Assembly (NCBI RefSeq): GCF_006345805.1
Contig: NW_021834179.1
Location: forward strand, 1 to 64,000
Length of the DNA stretch: 64,000 bases
Origin: Octopus sinensis
Lineage: Eukaryota
Direction of reading: 5' to 3'
The position numbers were made by a program, and so were the translations under genes. Shown here piece by piece: positions 1-12,460 of the stretch; positions within the stretch are counted from its first letter, which is position 1; each line of letters opens with the position of its first letter. The notes beneath the pieces are model-generated. The model saw nothing but the letters and a program-made list of their open reading frames with translations. It did no database searches and had not been told where the DNA came from.

Positions 1-2971
1 TCCGAAATCTATCCACAAACATCGAAAACAAGGACACCCTATGGAGCCAAAGATTTACTAACAAAGAATTGGACTATATCCGAGTAAGTAATACGAATTG
101 AATTTTATTACTATTTTCGAAACGAAAGGATGTATTTTGACTCGATATTATCTCCACCTCTAACACAACACATGTAAACATGCGTGGAACGACACGATTA
201 TCCCCGACCTCAAACACCATGTACAAAGGAACTACGAAGAAATTAAATGCCACCGATACTATTCAGCCCAAGAATAACAATCGAGCGATACGTACATTAA
301 ACCTGCAACAAAAAATGTACGAAAAACTACACGTGCGAAATTATGTGACAACAGAAATAAACGGACCGGTACCCTACGAAAATGACGACCGTCAAAATAA
401 TGGGCCGGACGTTGTACCTCATGTCCCGCAAATAAAACCCAAAAGACGTAAATGGACACGTGAGGAATACATTTCTATCTTACACGCATACTTCACAGCA
501 ATACTCTACCCAAAAAATGAAAATACAAAAACACATACATATAAAATATGGAAGGAAAATAATAGAGATATAGACTTGGATACAGCAATGAACCCTAATA
601 AATTAGCTAGCGTACGAAGATACATTCTCAACACAAAAAAAATATCAGAAATAGAAATAGAACACCTAAAAGAAAACATACACCAGGAAAATGTAGATAG
701 AAGCCACACAACAATGCCCATAATATAAACACTGAAACTGTAAAACACGAAGACAAACGCAACATTCCCAACAAACACGATGTAAACAACGAAGGGGAGC
801 CTAATGATTATGATAATATAAAAAATAAAATAATCAAAGAACTGAAAACCACAGAGCCCAAAATGGACCACCGACCATACCTCCCAAGAATCAAAATAAA
901 CGAAATAACAACACCAATTATAAACAGCATAAACCTAGCCGTCACCGAACTAGCCACTGAAACAAAAAATAGTGATATCACTGAACTAAATGACTTGATA
1001 TACGCAGCAGCCACTGCAGCCACAAAATAAGCTGGATACTCACCCAAACCCGCCCAAACAGGAGTACCACCACCCAAACAAACCCTGTGGATAAATAACA
1101 TCCAAAGCAAAATTAAAAAAATTAGAAAAGACCTGTCGATTCTTAATGAAATCAGCAAACAAGCAACGCTACTGAGCAACAAAAAGAGAACAAAAATACT
1201 CCGCAAATATAACATCACAGAAAAAGATTTGCCTAAAATAAAAGAAAAGCTGAAGCAAGATATCCTTGCCAAAGCACAAAGGATCCGCCGGTACAAGAAA
1301 CGCCAACGCTTCTTTGAAGAAAACAAAAAGTTCAACTCCAACCCCAAAAAGTTCTACCAAGAACTGGGCAAAAATAAAATAGAAGTCACTGCAGCACCAA
1401 CGGCAGAAGAATTGGAAGAATTCAGGAGAGAAATATGGTCGGCGAACGAACCACCAAAAAAAAGGAGTATCAAAATAACAAACTCGGCATCTGAACAACT
1501 TTGGACCCCCATAACAACTGAAGAGGTCACCCAGGCACTGCAAAAACTAAGCAACTGGAAGGCACCTGGGCATGACAAGATCCCCGACTTCTGGTTGAAA
1601 TATCTAACAGGAATGCACAAAAAGCTGGCTGAAAACTTTAACAACGTACTAGCAGAGCCAGAGACAATGCCTGAATGGCTCACGAAAGGGAAAATCATCT
1701 TAATTCACAAATCAAATGAAACAGAAAAACCAGAAAACTACAGACCAATAACCTGCCTCCCTACTATGTTGAAGGCATTTACTGCAGTGATATCACAAAG
1801 GCTGAACAAGCACCTGGACGAAAACAAACTGTTCCCAGAAGAGCAGAAAGGATGCCGCAAAGGCTCATATGGCTGTAAAGATCAACTAATGATTAATAAA
1901 GCCATAACTGAAGACAGCCACAGAAAGAAGAAAGGCCTCAGTATGGCCTGGATTGACTACAAAAAGGCATTTGATAGCATCCCCGACACATGGATCCTCG
2001 AAACACTAGCCATTAACAAAGTAGCACCAACAATCATAAAATTCATAGAGCACTCTATGAATAAATGGCAAACAGTCCTACACCTCCAAACAAAAGAGGG
2101 ATTCATGAAAACCAAAGACATCCCCATTAGAAGAGGAATATTCCAGGGAGACACGCTCTCTCCACTCCTTTTCTGCTTGGCACTGTCACCTCTATCTGAT
2201 ATACTAAATAGAACTGGATGCGGATATAAATGTTACGGCAAAACGATCAGCCACCTTTGGATGACCTAAAACTATACGCTGCAAATGACAAACAGCTGGA
2301 AACACTATTAAAGACAATTCATGGATTTACCAAAGAAATAGATATGAAATTTGGATTAGAAAAATGCGCCAAAGTAACCATGAAAGAGGAAAACTAGTTA
2401 AGAGTAACAACATCACACTAGATAAAACCAATGAAATAAAAGAATTAGACCAAAGCCAAACTTACAAATACTTAGGAATCCATGAACTAGATAAGACACA
2501 ACACACACAAATGAAAGAGAAAAATAAAAAAAGAATATTATAGACGAGTTAGATCAATACTAAAAATAGAGCTCAATGCTAAAAACAAGATAATAGGTAT
2601 TAACACTAATACTAAAAACAGAGCTCAATGCTAAAAACAAGATAATAGCTATTAACACTTTAGCTGTCCCAGTTATATGTTACGGCTACGAACTGACCAA
2701 AATAGATAGGAAAACAAGAAAAATAATGACAGGATCTAGGATGCATCAACCAAAATCTAACATAGAAAGACTATATATACAACGTATAGAAGGTGTTAGA
2801 GGCCTTAAACAGCTGGAAAACTACTATAAAATAACCACCATAGGACTGCAAAAATATCTACTTCAAAAGGATGGAAAACTGATACAAATAGCGGCAAAAC
2901 AAAAAAACTGTTCTCAGTATTTAAGGAAGCTGACAAATACAAACAAGAAATCATACCACCTAACAAATATA

Positions 2972-3078
2972 AAGAAGAAGAAGAAAAAGAAGAAGAAGAA
3001 GAAGAAGAAGAAGAAGAAGAAGAAGAAGAAAAAGAAGAAGTAGAAAAAGAAGAAGAAGAAGAAGAAGAAGAAGATGAT
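2972..3078 (+). repeat. (GAA)n tract inside the Dong ORF (poly-Glu in the native frame); 18 bp shorter in the copy at about 48302-48390
   Basis: Read directly from the sequence. Confidence 0.95.
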
Positions 3079-3474
3079 GAAACAACAAAAGCTATAAAAC
3101 AAATGAAATCCAAACTAAAAATAGAACAGCAACGAACCATGATAAAACGATGGCAAGAAAAGCCCCTTCATGGTAAATACTGGACTAAACTAAATGCAGA
3201 AGAAATAGACAAAGAAAAATCCCAGCAATGGTTGAGAAGCTCAGGACTCAAAGCAGAGACAGAGGGATTTTTAATTGCAGCCGCCCCACCAGAAATTACC
3301 AAAAACATATATTGAAAAGAAATATAACAAGTAGCTGCAGAAAAAGTGGAGATGGACAAGAAACAATAAATCATATTATCTCTAGCTGCCCAGTCCTGGC
3401 TAAGAAGGAATAAATTCACAGACATGACAGAGTTCGGACCTACATACACTGGAAGCTATGCCAATATTATGGAA

Positions 3475-3851
3475 TAACAACAGAAAAAGATGGTATAGGC
3501 ACACATCAGAAAAGGTCACAGAAAACGAGAAAGCAACCATACTCTGGGATATGCCGATACACACAGATAGAGAAATTAAGGCCAACAGACCAGATATAGT
3601 TGTCAGAGATCATGAAGAAAAAAAATGCTTTCTAATTGATGTATCAATACCGGCAGATGACAACAACAGAAAAAAGATGGTATAGGCACACACCAGAAAA
3701 GGTCACAGAAAACGAGAAAGCAACCATACTCTGGGATATGCCGATACACACAGATAGAGAAATTAAGGCCAACAGACCAGATATAGTTGTCAGAGATCAT
3801 GAAGAAAAAAAATGCTTTCTAATTGATGTATCAATACCGGCAGATGACAAC
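3475..3851 (+). repeat. About 190 bp internal tandem duplication of the RLE-coding segment
   Basis: aacaacagaaaaagatggtataggcacac...ccggcagatgacaac occurs twice; ORFs 3458 and 3636 give the same peptide. Confidence 0.95.
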
Positions 3852-4189
3852 GTGTCTCTAAAAGAAATGGAGAAACTTTCAAAATACAAAGACCTGGAAA
3901 TATAGGTAACCAGAATGTGGAATCTGAAAACCGAAACAATTCCTATCATAATAGGTGCATTAGGCATGATAAAAAAATATTCAGACAAATACATAACAAA
4001 AACACCAGGACTTACAAACACATATAACATACAGAAAATTGCACTACTAGGCACTGCACACATCCTACGCAGAACACTTTCCATACAATAACCATCAGAG
4101 CATCACAACAAATCACAGCACATACCGAAGGCACACAGAGCTGTGCTCGGTAGTGAAGTGAAAGAACACTATAAAAATATAACTACTGA

Positions 4190-4210
4190 ATAATAATGAT
4201 AATAATAATA

Positions 4211-4263
<53 letters not shown>
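4190..4263. repeat. (TAA)n microsatellite (Dong target/tail)
   Basis: Read directly from the sequence. Confidence 0.95.
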
Positions 4264-4267
<4 letters not shown>

Positions 4268-4300
4268 CTTTGCAAAGGGAAGCCATTCTTCCCGTCTTCA

Positions 4301-4343
4301 ACACGGACTCGAGTTTCAAGGTATTGACCTATCATCAGCGTGT
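4301..4343 (-). ncRNA. Minimal type I hammerhead ribozyme, inverted copy of 4647-4691
   Basis: Reverse complement: acacg CTGATGA taggtcaatacctt GAAA ctcgag TC cgtgt. Confidence 0.88.
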
Positions 4344-4646
4344 GACAATCATAGTTGTCGATAAGAAGGAGATTCTCTCTACAAATACATACACTTTTTC
4401 CAGTTATAAACAGTAGCAGAAACACACCGTCACGTAAATATGCCATTTGAATATGGCTAACCCCTAAGGGTGGATGCTACAGTAGTTGGCATATTTACGT
4501 TACGATGTGTTTCTGCTACTGTTTATAACTCGCTCTGATATTTATCATTGTTTGATTTCACTTTTTCAATATCAGTGTCAGTGGATACTGGAAAAAGTAT
4601 ATGTATTTGTAGAGAGAACCTCCTTCTTATCGACAACTATGATTGT

Positions 4647-4691
4647 CACACGCTGATGATAGGTCAATACCTTGAAACTCGAGTCCGTGTG
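4647..4691 (+). ncRNA. Minimal type I hammerhead ribozyme (C3-G8 core, GUC site after 4685)
   Basis: cacacg CTGATGA t-aggt-caat-acct-t GAAA ctcgag TC cgtgtg: 6-bp stem I, stem II, palindromic stem III ACTCGAGT. Confidence 0.9.
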
Positions 4692-4901
4692 TATCATAAG
4701 TTGAGGACAGGAAGGACGGCTTCCCTTTGCAAATACTGATAGGACACAGAAAGTGTGTCTATAGCCACCTGGAGGAGGTGTCCTCCTGGGGCTATAAACT
4801 ACAGTAGCATCCACCCTTAGGGGTTAGCCATATTCAAATGGCAAATATACGTCACGATGTGTTTCTGCTACTGTTTATAACTCACTCTGATATTTATCAT
4901 T

Positions 4902-4917
4902 ATATGTATATATATAT

Positions 4918-5016
<99 letters not shown>

Positions 5017-5039
5017 ATACATACATATAGATTTAAAAC

Positions 5040-5070
<31 letters not shown>

Positions 5071-5080
5071 TATATATATA
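4902..5080. repeat. (TA)n microsatellite
   Basis: Read directly from the sequence. Confidence 0.95.
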
Positions 5081-5419
5081 ATGCTATAAAATTCATAACA
5101 ATTTTTTAAATCTATAAATTATTCAAATCATAGGAGTAAGAAATAATTTAATAACATTTTATCTAATGAATACTTATATTGATTTATGAAGCTAGAATAA
5201 ATATATTTAAATCTACAAAATAACACTGGAAGGAGTTTACCTTTGAAAAACCTAACCTAAAATAATACCAACGTAGAAATCCAAAAACAAATGAGAGAAG
5301 AACTTACTTAAATAGTAAATGCAAAGGATGAAACTGTGATTATCAAACTCTCAATAATCGGTTTATCAAATTAAACAAAGTGAAGCATCCTTAAAAGACC
5401 TGTTTATGTAGAATGTTTA

Positions 5420-5880
5420 AACACATTCATTCCAATGAACACTAAAAATCCTCTTTCCGATTTTGAATTTAACAGCTTTCTTCTAGAAAATAAATCAAAA
5501 ATAATTCTTCAAAACAAAACGAACAGAACCGATTGGCAGTCTTATAGGCCGGAGCCGTCCCTAAAATGTTCCATTCAATAATGAACAAATTATTATGATC
5601 TTTAAGATTCCAGATGAAATTACTAAGACTAATAGAAGAAGCCTTATTTCTAATCCTAAAAGAAAGGTAATGGTTTGAAACCTTGTTTGTTAATATCATT
5701 AGCAGAAGAACCAATATAAATGTAATGATTACCCCCAGAAATGATTTCAGCTTCATAAACCGCTTCTTTACTATTGTATAAAGATGCTGTCTTTAGAAGT
5801 TGTAAATGCATTTTAGAGCGTGGTTGCAAAATATTTGGAGAAGAATTTTGGTGCTTCAAGATCCCCTTGCTTAACTCTGT
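5420..5880 (-). mobile_element. Penelope-like (Naiad-type) GIY-YIG endonuclease remnant; duplicate at about 50740-51200
   Basis: Frameshifted peptides AVYEAEII..YIYIGSSAN, LSNFIWNLKD..IEWNILGTAPAYKTANRFCSFCFEE..LLNSKSE. Confidence 0.8.
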
Positions 5881-5899
5881 TTTCAAATGGAAATGCTTC

Positions 5900-7800
5900 T
5901 GCTATGGATCCATCAAATTTAACTTGGGCTTTCATATCCATATACAGAGCCCTAATTATATTCACAAACTAATCTCGACAGTTAAGTTTCTTCGGTACCG
6001 GCCACGGTCGAAAACATTCCTAAGATCCACAAAACAATGGTAGAACCTCATGTTTTGTTCATTGCCCCTTCCTGGCAGCTGCCAGGCAGGGAAGATCATA
6101 TCAACTGTCCCACATGAAGCACAGACGCTGCATTGTGACTCCGGTGCAGCTCTTGGGATGATAAATTTATGAAGGCGCTCTTAGGTAACATAACGAAGTA
6201 CCTTTCCAACAACAGACAACAAGAATATTCCGTGGACATTTCCACACACGTCCATGGAACGAGATTTATATCAGGAAATGAGAATAGGATCAATCCAGTG
6301 TTTATAGTACCCCCTCTTTCCTCCAGTAAGAAACGAAATAGTTTGATAATCCTTTCCCCCACTAAACCCCTAAATTCCTGAGTTGACTTGTGTTGGCTGG
6401 ACAGGCATTTCTTTGACAACCGAAGAATTAAAGATTTCCTGTGTTATTTTCATATTTCCAGAATAGATCAGAATAGTGAAGTACTAATTGTTTTTGTATG
6501 GATTGACATCAGTAAAGCGCTGTCGGCCATCAACAGATCTCACTGGAGCTATAGTGGTTGACCGAGGGCCAAAAACCTCTTCAATTAATACAAAAGAATA
6601 GAAGGCTTTTGTAGCCTCATGGCCAATAGCACTTTGTACATCTCCTGCCTTTTGGTGCCACCATTTATCTTTCATTTTCTGAAGACTACATCGAATTTTA
6701 ATTGAAGAGATGTGTATCTCATGTCCTGGCTGGAATTGTTTGTTTTACTGAATAGGTCTTGCTTTGTGACTACTTTTATGAAGAAGTTTAGGAATTTCCA
6801 AGCCAATAAACCAAGTTGCATCTTTCTTAAATCTCTTTCCCCAAATAGAAGAAACCGAATCACAGATTTGTAATTTGAAATATTCTTCCATGGATCTCCT
6901 TGTTCAGGTGAGACATCTCTTATTGACACGTGAAAACTTTGTGATAAAGTGGGGGAATGAAGGTTTGCTGTGTTGATTCTCTTTGGTACAGTAGAGCCCC
7001 CCTTTCTAATCTAGCGCTGGATTGAAAAATTAAGTTTGTCTCCCACAAGCTTATGCTCTGTCCATCATTCTGCTCCTTTCATAGCTCGGACATTTCAGAC
7101 AGCTTCCAAATCGGATTTGCGTACCAAGACAAAGTCAACAAGGTGCCAGTGCTTAGAACTTGATTGATTCCAGGTTGTTTTATATTTGGTTTTTACTGAA
7201 AGAAACTGCATGCTATCAAAAGCCGATGTTCAGTGCAAACACAAAGAGTAGACACTATTTCAGTTATGTTCTTCTTCACAAGGTCAGTTATGTCATGAAA
7301 CCAAATTCAACTTTTCAGTTGAAGTCTTCCATAATTACTAGCTTATCAGTAGCTGGCATATTTCTTACCAAATCTCCAGGATCGTTGTAGAATTGTCCAA
7401 CAGATGCTTCTGCATGTGATATTGTGGGTGCATAACACTTATTACAGTGAAGTATCTCCGTTCCTCTTTTTCAGATGCGGACGACATAATAAAATAGATG
7501 CTGAGGAACCGGTGGGGTGGATTTCAAAAGATGAGACCAGAGGGTTTCTAACAGCCAAGATTCCCTTCTTTCACCATCTGCTAAACCTTTCTGAAAGAAA
7601 GTGTAGCCAAATCCACCCAATTGAAATGACCATCCCCTCTTAAAAAGTTTCAAGGAGTGTTCCTACCTTTAATGAATGTCTTTTCAAGTTCTGGGCGATA
7701 GTACAGTTCATCTCTCTGGTCTACGATTAAATTGTTCCTACCTAGAGTACACAGTTTCCAAAAAGCAAGTTTCTTAGAACGTTTAATCTTCTTGAGTTGA
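5900..7800 (-). mobile_element. Degenerate RTE-clade LINE (APE + start of RT); duplicate at about 51220-53120
   Basis: Minus-strand translations SKHWHLVDFVLVRKSD..VRAMKGAE*WTEHKLV (about 7050-7160), KDKWWHQKA..FY..VFGP, CGNVHGIFLLSVVGKVL, PESQC..GTVDMIF..EQN..FVDLRNVFD. Confidence 0.85.
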
Positions 7801-8001
7801 CCATTTGACCAGAGTGACAGGTTGATGACTGGGCCATTTGAAGAGCCAAGCTGTATCATGTTTTTGTTCCCAAACCCTTATTGCCATTTACCACTTTTGT
7901 TTAAGTAATTTCTGATAACTTCAAAGAACATTTGAAGGCCAACCATGCTAATAGAGTTTGTAATATACAAGCGGTACCCCTGTAATTAGATATATTTCTC
8001 A

Positions 8002-8193
8002 GTGGACATAGATGACACAGACACAGAACTACCCCCCCGTCTTTAGCACAGAAGATTTCATTGGTTTGTCATATGAAAGACCAAGAACTTCAAGGGCCTC
8101 CGTGGACATAGATGACACAGAACTACCCCACGTCTTTACCACAGAAAATTTCATTGGTCTGTCATATGAAAGACCAAGAATTTCAAGGGCCTC
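8002..8193 (+). repeat. Two-copy tandem repeat of about 95-100 bp; duplicate at about 53326-53516
   Basis: gtggacatagatgacacag...tttcattgg.tgtcatatgaaagaccaagaa.ttcaagggcctc occurs twice. Confidence 0.9.
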
Positions 8194-9372
8194 GAGATGG
8201 TACTACTCTGGTGTGTGGTCTGCATTTTAAAGGGCAGTTACTTCAGGCTTCTCTTTAGTTTACTCTTCAATGTCTAAAGAGAAACTGTGAAATTTTGTTT
8301 TGGTACCCCTACCAGTCATCCGAAAATTTGACACAGAGATAGATTGAAAAGGACTTTTTTTATTCAATCAGTAAAATATAGAAAAACATTTCCGTAGCGG
8401 ATAGAGCAATAAGTTTGGCAGTCATGAGTTTTGCAACGTAAAGATGACAAAATTTCACCGTTTCCCTTTTTCTTCCATCTTCCATTCCTTTATTTCTCTC
8501 CATCACAACGATGAGATGGTGCAACATTTTATTCATTATCTAAAAGTCCATTTCTTCGTAAAAATGCAAATACCTCCTCTCGCCGCTGTGTATAAATCTT
8601 TAGCCAAAATCTTCAGAGCTTTTAGAAATTGCAAATTATAGAAAAAAAGTAACCTAAAGTATTTTGCCTTTAATTTGTGAATCCCACACCCAGCACCACC
8701 CTCATGTTTTTATTTCAGAATTTACTTTTTCTTAGACTAGTTGCCTTAACGAAGCTGTAGAGTTCAGTCTATCCTACGAGTCAAAGGTTAGCAAAATTAC
8801 GGCATTGGTAAGAAAACTCTCAGCAACCAGTCTTCATATTGTGTCAGAGTAATAAAATAATGATTTAAACTAAACATAAAATAATAACGGTATATATATA
8901 AAAGAATATGAAAAACATAATAATGATAATGTTTTAAAAGCAAACTGCTGAAAGTTAACAAAGTTGAAAGGTTAAAAAGTCTGCCAGGTTTTCCGTTGAG
9001 TCTTACTAGTAACATTGTGACCCAGGACAAAGTGCTGCATGGATGGGTTGTTGGCGACTCAACCAGTAAGACGTCCAAGATTGCTTGGTGAGGAGGTGTT
9101 TGTTGGACAACGAGGGGCGGGGGTGAGAAACTAGAAAGGAAACAGAAAGAAGTGGTGGAAAGACGGATGGACATGTGCACACACACACACACACACGCAC
9201 ACACACACACACATTGCTTACGACGGGCTTCTTTCAGTGTCCGTCAACGAACTCCACTCACAAGACTTTTCAAAAGCGAATGAATAATGCGAAATTATTT
9301 TCGATTCATGTCCTTTGTCTGGAAATCTTTCGTCACGCATCCTGTGACCTCTTCATAGAATAAGAACAATAA

Positions 9373-9762
9373 TCCTTTCTACTTATAGGCACAAGGCCTG
9401 AAATTGTGGGGAGGGGGAGAGGGGATTAGATCGACCCCAGTACTCAAATGGTACTCAAGCACGAAATGAGGAAAGGCGAAGTTGACCTCGGCGGAATTTG
9501 AACTCAGAACATAGCGGCAGAAGAAATACCTATTTCTTTACTATCCACAAGGGGTTAAACACAGAGGACAAACAAGGACAGACAAACGGATTAAGTCAAT
9601 TACAACGAGCTCAGTGCGTAACTGGTACTTATTTAATCGACCCTCGAAAGGATGAAAGGCAAAGTCGATCTCGGCGGAATTTGAACTCAGCACGTAACGG
9701 CGGACGAAATACCGCTAAGCATTTCGCCCGGCGTGCTAACGTCTCTGCCAGCTCGCCACCTT
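9373..9762 (-). mobile_element. tRNA-derived SINE with a Nin-like central domain, two nested or partial units; duplicate at about 54695-55084
   Basis: Minus strand: ggcgagctggcagagacgttagc (A box), gagttcaaattccgccgag (B box), then gactttgcctttcatcctttcgagggtcgattaaataagtacc. Confidence 0.8.
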
Positions 9763-11644
9763 ACAACGCATAATTATTGATGACGTGAAAAGCAATCACA
9801 GATTTTATAGTGAAAGGTACATAACTTTTGCAGAGAAGTCCCTTAGTCTTTTAATAAAATTTGCTAAGGCAGAAGTTTAGGTTCTAAGCTGCTCCAAGTC
9901 AACTTTCGTCTTTCGTTCTTCCCTGGACAATGGAATAATGCACCAATCGCATTCCATTCCGATTTTATCGATTATGCCCCGCATCATCGATTAAAATCTT
10001 GTGATTATGTTAGAAATTAGGAAATAGTTCAAGGAAGCATATAGGTGGAAAAGACTGGTCTTCCATATGTTGTGGTGATCTTCAGGGAGGAATTCCTCAT
10101 TCTGGCCAGAGTGACGCAGGAAGAAGCGAGAGAGAGGACAAGGTAGATACCCGCATTTCTGGCAAACCCGATATGTTGACAAGAGGAGGGGACACTTAAT
10201 CTGTTTGTAAAGATTCTATCAACAACCCCTTCACGTGCACTTATAGTGACATCAGGAGGGACCAGTTGCAGGGTTCTGGCAAGTTACTGCCTAGGCTGCC
10301 AGAACCAACAATGGAATGGAATCTGAAGGAACCGAGCATCAGTGAAATGGGAAAAGGGATGAGGATGGTGAGATTTATCACAGCATAATTGAGTGGTCTA
10401 TAAGAACTACTGGAAGCTACTCTATCGGGTGTGGAGGGTCCTACATATAACCTGGAGGAGAAGATAGGTTACCTAGTCACAGACATACATCGAAGGGATG
10501 AATATACCGAAGGAGACAAGGGCCGAGATTATCAACCTATGTTGAGTTATCCCCTTACTCAGTGTAGAAAGCAAGATTCTCTTAGACATTCTGTTTGAGT
10601 GACCCTTCAACTTTCTGCTAAAGAACAATTGTATGGACAGGGTTTTACGGAAGGGAGTCATACTGAGCTGGGTGTCACTGGTTTCCCTGTACTTTTGGTT
10701 AAAAAAAAGTGAAACACATTTCAAGAGACATCTGCAGAAATATTCCACTATAGGTGGTCTTACATTCTATTAGAAACAACAGCCAACTGCCATTGAATTT
10801 GCATTATTTCTCTGCATCTTGTGATACTGCATTTAGATCTGCAGAAATTTCCATAGACACAAATACATCTCAGAGAATCATGCAATGAGCAAAATAAATA
10901 GGATTTTTATCATACAGATTTAACTTGAACCCCTATTTGTCTCCCTAACACAGCTGCTGCACCTTAATTATTTAATCCAATACAGTCATACAACCCAAGG
11001 CCTATTTCTCTGAAACAGTCATCTACTTTTTGAAAAATAATTTCCATCTAACAATCGACAGAACAATGGTCCTTCGTGGGCCCTGTTCCATATTAATTTT
11101 AGTCATTGCGTCTAATTGAATTCCATATTTAGAAAGCTTTTTCAAATCTTCCAGTAATTTTCTCCAATTAATCATCATTAATGTCTGGAATACAGCTACC
11201 AACAATATTATTTGAGAGACAAACTTTCTTCGATTAACCTGCATTTGCTTTTTCCATTAATAATTTCTGTGGTTTTCGTTTCTCGTGGCAACAAAAATTC
11301 TTCCCCAACGCAGCATGTTCTTGTTTCTTTTTTTTGGCTATTTTCTGCACGTGGTCACTTTTATAAATATAAATTAAATTAAAAGAAAATATATTCCAAT
11401 AAATCATATAAACAGTAACTTATGGTTTTTGTATGACTGAGCTTTGGCAATTAACAAGTATTTTTTAACAAAAGCAAACCAAACAAAACAATTACTCACG
11501 AGCTAAAAAAAAACACGTCTGAACGATAGCTTAAACTGTGCTCTATAATTTGTTATTACCTATAGAGGCGATACAAAGAAAATGACAACACAATCATGAA
11601 TGATTTGACGATGTAGAGCAATTGGGGTCAATTAAAAATTGTAC

Positions 11645-11770
11645 GACAGGCGTCTTTAATTTTTCGTCAACGAAAACCTCTCACAAGGCTCTGGTAGGCC
11701 CGAGTTGTCAGGCAGTGAGACTGAACTTGAAGGCGCGTGGTTGGAAAACAGCTTCTTATCACACAGCCAA
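11645..11770 (-). mobile_element. Degenerate SINE (second family)
   Basis: Reverse complement resembles ggctgtgtg.taagaagc..ggttcagtc.cactgc..cgggcc.acc.agccttgtgag. Confidence 0.6.
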
Positions 11771-12004
11771 TAAAAATATTAGAAATATTAAAATTGCTAA
11801 GGCTCCTAAAAGAGAACACGGCAGCGTTCCCGGAAATAATAGTTATCGCCATACTAATATGGCATTCTTATAAAAATAAGAATAAAGCTGTCCGCTTATT
11901 AGCTCCATGAGGCCATCGCCTTAAGTTAGCTATTTGATACACAAACTGTATCCATATAACCTTCGAAAAAGGGAGGTCAGTCGCTCCACACTACTTGACC
12001 GGCA

Positions 12005-12046
12005 GCTACACACGCGTTTCGGGGTATTGCCCCTTTTCAATGCAGC
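12005..12046 (-). ncRNA. Minimal hammerhead, U3-A8 core variant, GUG at the cleavage triplet (likely poor or inactive); duplicate at 57324-57365
   Basis: Reverse complement: gctgca TTGAAAA gggg-caata-cccc GAAA cgcg TG tgtagc; palindromic stem III ACGCGT. Confidence 0.72.
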
Positions 12047-12124
12047 GTAGCCAGACCAGTAGGTGTCGCTTCTGGTATTTGCAAAGGGAGGCCATCCCTT
12101 TCTCGTAAGCCTGAGTGATACTCA

Positions 12125-12161
12125 CCGGACCGGTTTCGAGATTATTGTCTCTTATCAACGG
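12125..12161 (-). ncRNA. Minimal hammerhead, U3-A8 core variant, GUC site; duplicate at 57444-57480
   Basis: Reverse complement: ccg TTGATAA gaga-caataa-tctc GAAA ccgg TC cgg; palindromic stem III ACCGGT. Confidence 0.78.
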
Positions 12162-12190
12162 GCGGTAACCACCATGTCCACACACACCCG

Positions 12191-12233
<43 letters not shown>

Positions 12234-12272
12234 TAATAAGAAGACGAATAAGAATAATATATTATATGTATA

Positions 12273-12329
<57 letters not shown>

Positions 12330-12409
12330 TCCCGGGTTGAGTCGGGGTTAACCACAGTAAATAAGGTACTCAATACATAGCAGAGTAAATTAATTTATTT
12401 TATAGAAGG

Positions 12410-12460
12410 AGCTTCTACGGGACTAGAACTGTTTCATTCAAAAGGAATCGTCAGGAAACT
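12410..12460 (-). ncRNA. Type I hammerhead in the inverted 5' pLTR, with two stem mismatches; duplicate at 57729-57779
   Basis: Reverse complement: agtttc CTGACGA ttccttttgaat GAAA cagttctagtcccg TA gaagct. Confidence 0.75.

Larger units (their letters stand above)
1..4190 (+). mobile_element. Dong/R4-clade non-LTR retrotransposon (RT + CCHC + restriction-like endonuclease), disrupted; 5' end cut by the window
   Basis: ORF 180-728 has the RRKWTREE N-terminal motif. ORF 1229-2269 has RT motifs NWKAPGHD, ENYRPITCL, EQKGCRKG, WIDYKKAFDSIP, RGIFQGDTLSPLLF. CCHC-like CRKSGDGQETINHIISSCP at about 3335-3392. RLE motif RPDIVV..IDVSIP..KLSKYKDL at 3580-3900. Followed by (TAA)n. Frameshifts and stops are present. 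Confidence 0.92.
4268..4901. mobile_element. Non-coding hammerhead-bearing element: about 352 bp monomer with about 62 bp direct terminal redundancy plus an inverted, permuted partial copy (retrozyme / Penelope pLTR-like); duplicate at about 49585-50218
   Basis: Direct repeats at 4488-4549 and 4840-4901. Segment 4268-4495 is the reverse complement of parts of 4488-4880 and spans the monomer junction. One hammerhead on each strand. Confidence 0.8.
11860..12190 (-). mobile_element. Non-coding element with two tandem hammerheads, same family as 4268-4901 and 25700-26001; duplicate at about 57180-57510
   Basis: Shares gtatcac..ag..ggga.ggcc-TCCCTTTGCAAATAC downstream of the ribozyme; followed by (TA)n. 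Confidence 0.7.

Noticed and set aside
5160-5200. CTAATGA..GAAGCTAG hammerhead-like word
   Set aside because: Two core mismatches, no UH site and no stem I, in AT-rich DNA.
9373-9762. tRNA genes at A/B-box motifs (also 34419 and others)
   Set aside because: No cloverleaf; these are SINE heads.
9990-11350. Possible old retroelement or exon remnants
   Set aside because: I could not recover diagnostic motifs by eye, so the region is left unannotated.
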